Source: Pirellulales bacterium (GTDB taxonomy: Bacteria; Planctomycetota; Planctomycetia; Pirellulales; JBGAPH01). Taken from it: a stretch of DNA of 64,000 bases. The notes under the pieces were generated by a model. It ran no database searches. It was not told the DNA's origin and saw nothing but the letters and a program-made list of their open reading frames with translations. Both the position numbers and the translations under genes were made by a program. Of the stretch, positions 58,561-64,000 are shown piece by piece (within the stretch, counting starts at the first letter, position 1; each line of letters opens with the position of its first letter). The stretch covers positions 102,319 through 166,318 of the forward strand of contig JAXMBI010000010.1 of NCBI GenBank assembly GCA_046349955.1, in the 5' to 3' direction.

Positions 58561-59538
58561 ATGACCGCGATCCGCCGGCCTGCCCAGGGCCGCCCCGCCC
58601 GCCAACCGTCGGCCGCCGTGCGTTCGCCCGTGAACCACGAAATGCGGTTGCGTGCGGCCGCGCTCGTGGCCCTGGAAATTGAGTACATCGCCAGCCCCGA
58701 ATTCGGCGATGCCCAACGAGTTGTCGAGATCGAGGCCGACCGCGGCTTGCCGGCCGACTTCGCCTTGCGAGAGTCGGATGCAGGCCTGCGCAAGGCCCGC
58801 AAGAATCTGCCTCCCTACTTAGCCAGCCTCTTCACCACGCGGTTGCTGCCGGCCGACGAAGAGCGGCGGCTGTTTCGCCGCATGAACTACGCCAAGTTCA
58901 AGGCCGACCAACTGCGTCAGGAGCTCAACCCGCGCCGAGCGCGGCGGGCGGTCGTCGAGGAGATCGAGGCGCTCGTCGACGAGGCTGAGCAAATCCGCGG
59001 GCTGCTGATCCGGGCCAATCTTCGGCTGGTCGTGTCGATCGCCAAGCGATTTGTCGACTCCTCGAACACCTTCTACGAGCTGGTGAGCGACGGCAATATC
59101 TCGCTGATCCGCGCCGTCGAGAAGTTCGACTACTACCTCGGCAACCGCTTCAGCACGTACGCCACCTATGCCGTCCGCCGCAACTTCTTCCGCACGGTCA
59201 TCAAACGCCGCGAGGACCGGCAGCGCTGCCCTCTGGCCGACGAAGAACTGCTCGCCACGGCTGCACCGGTCGACGATCCCGAGACCTTGGGCGAAAAGCA
59301 GGTGCTCGACCTCCGCCACCGCCTGGCCGGCCTGCTCCACCGCCTGAACGACCGCGAGCGGAGCGTGGTGCAGGCCCGCTTCGGCTTCGGCGGCGACGGC
59401 CGCCTGAAGACGTTCCAGCAGCTCGGCGACGAGTTCGGCGTCTGCAAAGAGCGGGTTCGGCAGATTCAGGTGCGGGCGATGGAAAAGCTGCGCCTGCTGG
59501 CGGAAGAAGCCCACTTGGACACATTCGGGGACGACTGA
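58561..59538 (+). CDS. sigma-70 family RNA polymerase sigma factor (regions 2-4)
   Basis: NLRLVVSIAKRF, LVSDGNISLIRAVEKFDYYLGNRFSTYATYAVRRNF, region 4 FQQLGDEFGVCKERVRQIQVRAMEKLR. The start is uncertain. Confidence 0.8.
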   Translation: MTAIRRPAQGRPARQPSAAVRSPVNHEMRLRAAALVALEIEYIASPEFGDAQRVVEIEADRGLPADFALRESDAGLRKARKNLPPYLASLFTTRLLPADEERRLFRRMNYAKFKADQLRQELNPRRARRAVVEEIEALVDEAEQIRGLLIRANLRLVVSIAKRFVDSSNTFYELVSDGNISLIRAVEKFDYYLGNRFSTYATYAVRRNFFRTVIKRREDRQRCPLADEELLATAAPVDDPETLGEKQVLDLRHRLAGLLHRLNDRERSVVQARFGFGGDGRLKTFQQLGDEFGVCKERVRQIQVRAMEKLRLLAEEAHLDTFGDD

Positions 59539-59544
59539 GCTGCC

Positions 59545-60306
59545 ATGGACGCAAACCCCGCGCAGGCGCCAGCATACTTGGTGTTCGGCGCCACCGGCGG
59601 CATTGGAGGCTGCCTGGCGCGGCGACTTTCGGCAGGCGGCGGGCGATTGTTTCTCTCGGCCCAGAACAGCGAACGGCTCGAATCCCTGGCTCGCGAGTTG
59701 CGCTGTCCGTTCCATGCGGCCGACGTGCGCGATTCGGATGCCGTGAACGCGGCTTTCGCCATGGCTGCCAAAAGCCTGGGGCCCTTGGACGGAGTGGCCC
59801 ATTGCGTGGGCTCGATTCTCCTCCGACCGGCGCACGCCACGAGCGACGCCCAGTGGGCCGACACTCTGGCGCTGAATCTGACTTCCGCCTTCCGCGTCCT
59901 GCGCGCGGCCGTCGGCGCCTTGCGCTCTCCTGGGGGCTCGGTGGTGCTCGTTTCGAGCGCCGCGGCCGAAGTCGGGCTGCCCAACCACGAGGCGATCGCG
60001 GCGGCGAAAGCCGGCGTGATCGGGCTCGGGCGCTCGGCCGCGGCCACCTACGCTCCCCGCGGGATTCGCGTCAACGTGGTGTCTCCCGGGCTTACCCAAA
60101 CCACTCTGGTGGCGCCTCTGCTCGAGAATGAGCTGTCGGCCAAAGCCTCATTAGCCATGCACCCGCTGGGCCGATTGGGAGAACCCGCGGACGTTGCGGC
60201 GGCCATCGCCTGGTTGTTGGATCCCGAGCAGAGTTGGGTCACAGGACAAGTGCTGGGGGTCGACGGCGGGCTGGCTACCCTGCGCGGCCGGTCCGCAGTG
60301 CGGTAG
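59545..60306 (+). CDS. short-chain dehydrogenase/reductase (SDR) fold protein lacking the catalytic Tyr
   Basis: VFGATGGIGGCLA (TGxxxGxG) and VLVSSAAA. The expected YxxxK reads IAAAK. GIRVNVVSPG is present. Confidence 0.75.
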   Translation: MDANPAQAPAYLVFGATGGIGGCLARRLSAGGGRLFLSAQNSERLESLARELRCPFHAADVRDSDAVNAAFAMAAKSLGPLDGVAHCVGSILLRPAHATSDAQWADTLALNLTSAFRVLRAAVGALRSPGGSVVLVSSAAAEVGLPNHEAIAAAKAGVIGLGRSAAATYAPRGIRVNVVSPGLTQTTLVAPLLENELSAKASLAMHPLGRLGEPADVAAAIAWLLDPEQSWVTGQVLGVDGGLATLRGRSAVR

Positions 60307-60372
60307 AATGAAGCGGAGCCACAGGCGAGCGCCGGTGGCCGGATTTTCGCCTCCCCTCCTCCTGATGTTCGC

Positions 60373-60684
60373 ATGACCGCATCCCTCGATTCGATGCACC
60401 ACGTGGCCATTTCGGTCGACGACATTGCCAAGGCCGTCGACTGGTACACGAAGACGTTCCGCTGTGAAATCGCCTACCAGGATCCGACCTGGGCGCTGCT
60501 CAAGTTCGCCAACCTGAGTATGGCGCTCGTGATTCCCGCTCAGCACCCGCCGCACGTGGCCTTCAGCAGCCCGCGGGCGGAAGAGTTTGGCGAGCTGCGC
60601 CCCCACCGCGACGGCACGCGCAGCGTCTACATCGCCGATCCGGCGGGCAACGCCGTGGAGATCATGGACGAGTCGAGCCTGTGA
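60373..60684 (+). CDS. VOC/glyoxalase-fold protein (single module)
   Basis: MHHVAISVDDIAKAVDWY...YIADPAGNAVEI. Confidence 0.65.
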   Translation: MTASLDSMHHVAISVDDIAKAVDWYTKTFRCEIAYQDPTWALLKFANLSMALVIPAQHPPHVAFSSPRAEEFGELRPHRDGTRSVYIADPAGNAVEIMDESSL

Positions 60685-61835
60685 CGGCGCGCCGGCCCAC
60701 GGTTTCCGCCGCCGACTGGTCGCTCGATCCATCGGTCGCCTATCTCAACCACGGCTCGTTTGGGGCCGTGCCGCGCGTTGTGCAGGCCGAGCAGCGCCGC
60801 TGGCTGGAGCTGCTGCAAACGCAGCCGATGGACTATCTCGTCCGGCATTGGCATGCCCGGCTCGACGAAGCGGCCGAGCGCCTGGCAGGGTTTGTGGGCG
60901 CGCGGGGGAGCGATCTCGTGCCGGTCGACAACGCCACGGCCGGCATGAACGCCGTGGCCGAGAGCTTTGCCCTCTCTCCCGGCGACGAGGTCTTGCTCAA
61001 CGTTCACGAGTACGGGGCGGTCAGGCGGATTTGGGAGCGGGCTTGCCGGCGGGTCAGCGCCAAAGTTTGTGACGCACCGCTGCCGTGGCCGCTGCGCGAG
61101 CCGCAGGAGCTGGTCGAGGCGATGCTCGCTGCGATCACGCCCCGCACGCGCCTCGTGGTGGTGAGTCACATCACGTCGCCGACGGCGCTGATCTTTCCCG
61201 TGGCCGAACTCTGCCGGCGGTTGCGGGAGCGCGGCGTGGCGGTGTGCATCGACGGGCCGCATGCTTTGGCGGTGTTGCCGCTCGACCTCGCGGGTTTGGA
61301 CTGCGACTACTACACGGCGAGTTGCCACAAGTGGCTGGCGGCGCCCATTGGTTCCGGGTTTCTCTACGTCCATCCGCGGCGCCAGGCCGACATGCAACCG
61401 CCCATCCTGAGTTGGGGACGTCCGGCGCCGCAAGCCGAGCCCACCTGGCGCGACGAGTTCACGTGGTCCGGCACGCGCGACCTCTCAGCGTTTCTCAGTG
61501 TGCCGAGGGCAATCGAGTTCCTGGAGGCCGCGGGGCTCGAGGAGTTCCGCCGGCACGGCCATGCCTTGGCTGGCGAGGCACAACACCGTGTGGCCGAGTT
61601 CACGGGGCTCGAGCCGCTCGTGCCGGAGGGCATAGGCTGGTATGGCACGATGGCGGCTATGCCGCTGCCGCCTGGGGACCCCGAATCCTTGCACCAAACG
61701 CTGCGGCGCGAGTATGGCGTCGAAGTCCCTGTGTTCGACTGGCAAGGGCAACGGCTGATCCGCGTCTCTTGCCACTGGTACAACACCACAGAGGACCTCG
61801 ACCGTTTGCTGGCGGCCCTGCGGAAGGCGCTGTGA
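60681..61835 (+). CDS. class-V aminotransferase fold PLP enzyme (isopenicillin-N epimerase / cysteine desulfurase-like)
   Basis: AYLNHGSFG, VVSHITS and the PLP-lysine context YTASCHKWLAAPIGSGFLYV. The GTG start overlaps the VOC stop (GTGA). Confidence 0.75.
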   Translation: MTARRPTVSAADWSLDPSVAYLNHGSFGAVPRVVQAEQRRWLELLQTQPMDYLVRHWHARLDEAAERLAGFVGARGSDLVPVDNATAGMNAVAESFALSPGDEVLLNVHEYGAVRRIWERACRRVSAKVCDAPLPWPLREPQELVEAMLAAITPRTRLVVVSHITSPTALIFPVAELCRRLRERGVAVCIDGPHALAVLPLDLAGLDCDYYTASCHKWLAAPIGSGFLYVHPRRQADMQPPILSWGRPAPQAEPTWRDEFTWSGTRDLSAFLSVPRAIEFLEAAGLEEFRRHGHALAGEAQHRVAEFTGLEPLVPEGIGWYGTMAAMPLPPGDPESLHQTLRREYGVEVPVFDWQGQRLIRVSCHWYNTTEDLDRLLAALRKAL

Positions 61836-61905
61836 CTGGGCGGCGGTCCGAATCCGCCGAACCTCTCTTGACCGGCATTCGCTGCGTCCCTAAGCTCCCC
61901 GCCCT

Positions 61906-63186
61906 ATGTTGGGCAAACTGTCATTCATCGGGGTCGGGATCACGCTCCTCGTGGCGACGGCCGCTGCCGCGGCCGAAAACGCGCCGGACAGCGCGGGCGT
62001 GCTCGTGTTGCGCAACGGAAACGTGATCACGGGCCAAGTCGTGCGCGCCGGCGACTACTACCTGATCAGCGGCCAGGGCGTGGAAACCCGCCTGCGGGCA
62101 GGCGACGTCGACTTCTTTTGCCGCGACTTGCAAGAGGCCTACAGCCGCAAGCGGCTGGCCGTGGCTGCCGACGACTGGGAGGGACGCTTTGCGCTGGCGA
62201 CTTGGTGTCTAAGGCACGATGTGCTCGACGGCGCCGAGGAGCAAATCCGGGCGATCCTGGCCGTCGCCCCGCAGAGCCGGCGGGCCGACGGCCTGGCCAA
62301 GCAGATCGCCGAACGCCGCCGCGACCTGACGACTCCGCGCGCGAAAGCCGAGGCCGGTCCCGTGGGACCGCGAAGTTCCGATCTCGAATTGCTCGTGCGC
62401 GGGCTGCCGGCCAGCACCGTTTCCGATTTCACCGACGTCATCCAGCCGTTACTGCTCAACAACTGCGCGGCCACCGGCTGCCACGGCCCGCGCTCGACGG
62501 CCGAGTTCCGGCTGCTCAAGCCGAGCCGCGGCCCAAGCCGGCGGCTGACGCACCGCAACCTGCACGCGACGGTCGCCTGGATCGATCGCGCCGATCCGGC
62601 CCGCAGCCGCCTGCTCACCGCAGCCGGCGAACCGCATGGCGGACTGAGCCTGCCGGTGTTCAGCCGCACCAAGGCCACGCACTATCGTCAACTCGCCTCC
62701 TGGATCGCCGGTTTCGGCAGCGCCGCTCAGGCCGAAAGCCAAGAACCGGCGCCGCTTTCTAGTCCGGTGCCGCTGGCCATGTCGCCGCTGAGCGACGCCA
62801 CCGCGCTGCGCCCCGTGGCGAGTCGCCAAGGTCGCCTGAGGCGCATGGGCACAGGCCGTGCGCCCGAGCCGCTGGCGGACCAAGCGCAGTCGGGCGTGGC
62901 ACAAGCTGCCTGGTTCGATGCACCCTCTTCCAGCGGACAAACTAGTGCGCCGCGCACGGCCGCCAGGCCCGCCGCGCAGCGTGGCGGCGATCCGCTCGAT
63001 CCGGAGATCTTCAACCGCCAATTCGCCCCGCCGGCAGCCACGCCGCTCGACGCCCTGGACGACCGGGCCGTTGAGCAGGCTTCGTTCGAGCGCCCCGCGG
63101 CGCCCGGCGTCGCCGACGAGCAGGCCACCATCGACGCTGTGGAAGCGGAGCTGCGTTCGCTCGGCATGAGCGCGGCCGACGAGTAG
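61906..63186 (+). CDS. secreted hypothetical protein with a C-X4-CH motif
   Basis: Signal peptide. LLLNNCAATGCHGPRS. Ala/Pro-rich C-terminal half. Confidence 0.5.
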   Translation: MLGKLSFIGVGITLLVATAAAAAENAPDSAGVLVLRNGNVITGQVVRAGDYYLISGQGVETRLRAGDVDFFCRDLQEAYSRKRLAVAADDWEGRFALATWCLRHDVLDGAEEQIRAILAVAPQSRRADGLAKQIAERRRDLTTPRAKAEAGPVGPRSSDLELLVRGLPASTVSDFTDVIQPLLLNNCAATGCHGPRSTAEFRLLKPSRGPSRRLTHRNLHATVAWIDRADPARSRLLTAAGEPHGGLSLPVFSRTKATHYRQLASWIAGFGSAAQAESQEPAPLSSPVPLAMSPLSDATALRPVASRQGRLRRMGTGRAPEPLADQAQSGVAQAAWFDAPSSSGQTSAPRTAARPAAQRGGDPLDPEIFNRQFAPPAATPLDALDDRAVEQASFERPAAPGVADEQATIDAVEAELRSLGMSAADE

Positions 63187-63193
63187 TCGGCGG

Positions 63194-63811
63194 CTATTTG
63201 CTGCGCAAAGCCCATGTCACGGGCGATGGCCCCGGCGATCGCTGGCTGACCTCGAGGCCGAGTTCGGTCTGCGTGTTGTAGCGGGCCGGAATCTTCCGCT
63301 TGGGATGCGTGATCCGCACACGGTAAACGCCCGGCCGCACCACGCGGAGCTGCCGCACTTGCTCGGGCAGCGTTTGCGGGTCGGATTGCAGGTCTCCGCT
63401 CCCAGCATCGCTCGCTGTGCCTTGCGCGGTCGGGATCGTCTCGGCCAGGCAGGGCTCGGGTTCGAGCGATACTTCAGCGCCTGGCAGCGGCTGTCCATCG
63501 AGCAACACGCGGAAGCCCACCTGCACCATGCCGAGCCGGTCGTCGACCCAGGTTTGCACGCCGGCGGCCAGCTCATCGCGATCGAGCGATTTGTCCGCGT
63601 TCGCGTCGCAACGGGCGAGCAGCAGCCGCAAGCCGGCACAATCGGCGAGTTCTTGTTGTGAGAGCTGCGAGTCGCCGTTTTTGTCGTGAAGCTCAATCGC
63701 CTTGGCGGCCGTGGCCGAGGGATCGAACTCCGGCGCATGGACACGGGCAGGGCTGCCGGAACAACCGGCGGCAAGGAGCAGGAGCGAGGCGGCGGCAATC
63801 AGTCGGCTCAC
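63194..63811 (-). CDS. EF-hand lipoprotein (typical partner gene downstream of DUF1559 genes)
   Basis: Lipobox LLLAAGCSG. EF loops DKNGDSQLSQQEL and DANADKSLDRDEL. The GTG start overlaps the upstream stop (GTGA). Confidence 0.6.
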   Translation of the reverse strand: MSRLIAAASLLLLAAGCSGSPARVHAPEFDPSATAAKAIELHDKNGDSQLSQQELADCAGLRLLLARCDANADKSLDRDELAAGVQTWVDDRLGMVQVGFRVLLDGQPLPGAEVSLEPEPCLAETIPTAQGTASDAGSGDLQSDPQTLPEQVRQLRVVRPGVYRVRITHPKRKIPARYNTQTELGLEVSQRSPGPSPVTWALRSK

Positions 63812-64000
63812 AGCTCGGACTCGCTGATCGGCTGGCCATCCTCTCGGTTCGCCAGGCGGCGATGGACGTCGGCGCTCAGTTCGTAACGCAGACCGCGCAC
63901 CGAGCCGTCGCAGAGGGCCATGTTGAAGCCGCCCGGGTGGGCGCCGCCGAAGCTCCAGAAGAGAGCGAGGCCTGGGGTGTCGCGCGCAGGCGGCACGTGG
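63808..64000 (-). CDS. DUF1559 (H-X9-DG) protein, C-terminal end only (gene continues beyond the window)
   Basis: GGAHPGGFNMALCDGSVRGL matches H-X9-DG. The frame is open to the window edge. Confidence 0.7.
   Translation of the reverse strand, partial: HVPPARDTPGLALFWSFGGAHPGGFNMALCDGSVRGLRYELSADVHRRLANREDGQPISESEL

Overview
GC-rich window (by eye above 60% GC, not computed). The gene content looks like a Planctomycetota, Pirellulales-type, chromosome: two DUF1559 'H-X9-DG' pseudopilin-like genes, three PEP-CTERM tails, FG-GAP/Ig-like giant surface proteins and an N-terminal 'LEMLEGR' motif. This taxonomic placement is inference from motifs only; no database search was possible. The window splits into two parts. 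(1) About 1-29.9 kb is accessory and decaying. It holds six IS-derived elements: three ISAs1-family copies (one nested in another), two IS903-like copies and one internally deleted IS3 element. It also holds a plasmid/ICE-type remnant (ArdC-like gene plus a truncated clamp-loader-like ATPase). Three surface-protein genes share a 'two dockerin-like loops + PEP-CTERM' tail; one of them was hit twice by the same IS. There are also two tandem LMW-phosphatase-like genes with a shortened P-loop, a truncated SRAP gene, a gene-poor 1.8-kb stretch with a hairpin-locked 42-codon hydrophobic ORF, a complete che cluster without CheY (cheA-REC hybrid, cheW, mcp, cheB, cheR), and a ~3.1-kb adhesin pseudogene with four frameshifts and a 29-codon poly-Gly microsatellite. 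(2) About 29.9-64 kb is ordinary core: pyrC, topA, a PpiD-like chaperone, pheT, GNAT, pheS, rplT, rpmI, an MMPL transporter, trpD, an ACP-like gene, HNH, SNase, DUF1559, phoU, yidD, rnpA, a J-protein, proC, a CarH-like regulator, FAS1, a sigma factor, SDR, VOC and a class-V aminotransferase. A family of long palindromic repeats (GGAGACACAGAGACACGGAG-type) lies just downstream of three minus-strand genes. No rRNA, tRNA or CRISPR array was found. I did not recognise a known defence system. The most unusual items are the double IS hit, the hairpin plus small hydrophobic ORF, the degenerate phosphatase pair, the che cluster with a degenerate CheB receiver, and the palindromic repeat family. All product names rest on motifs read by eye.
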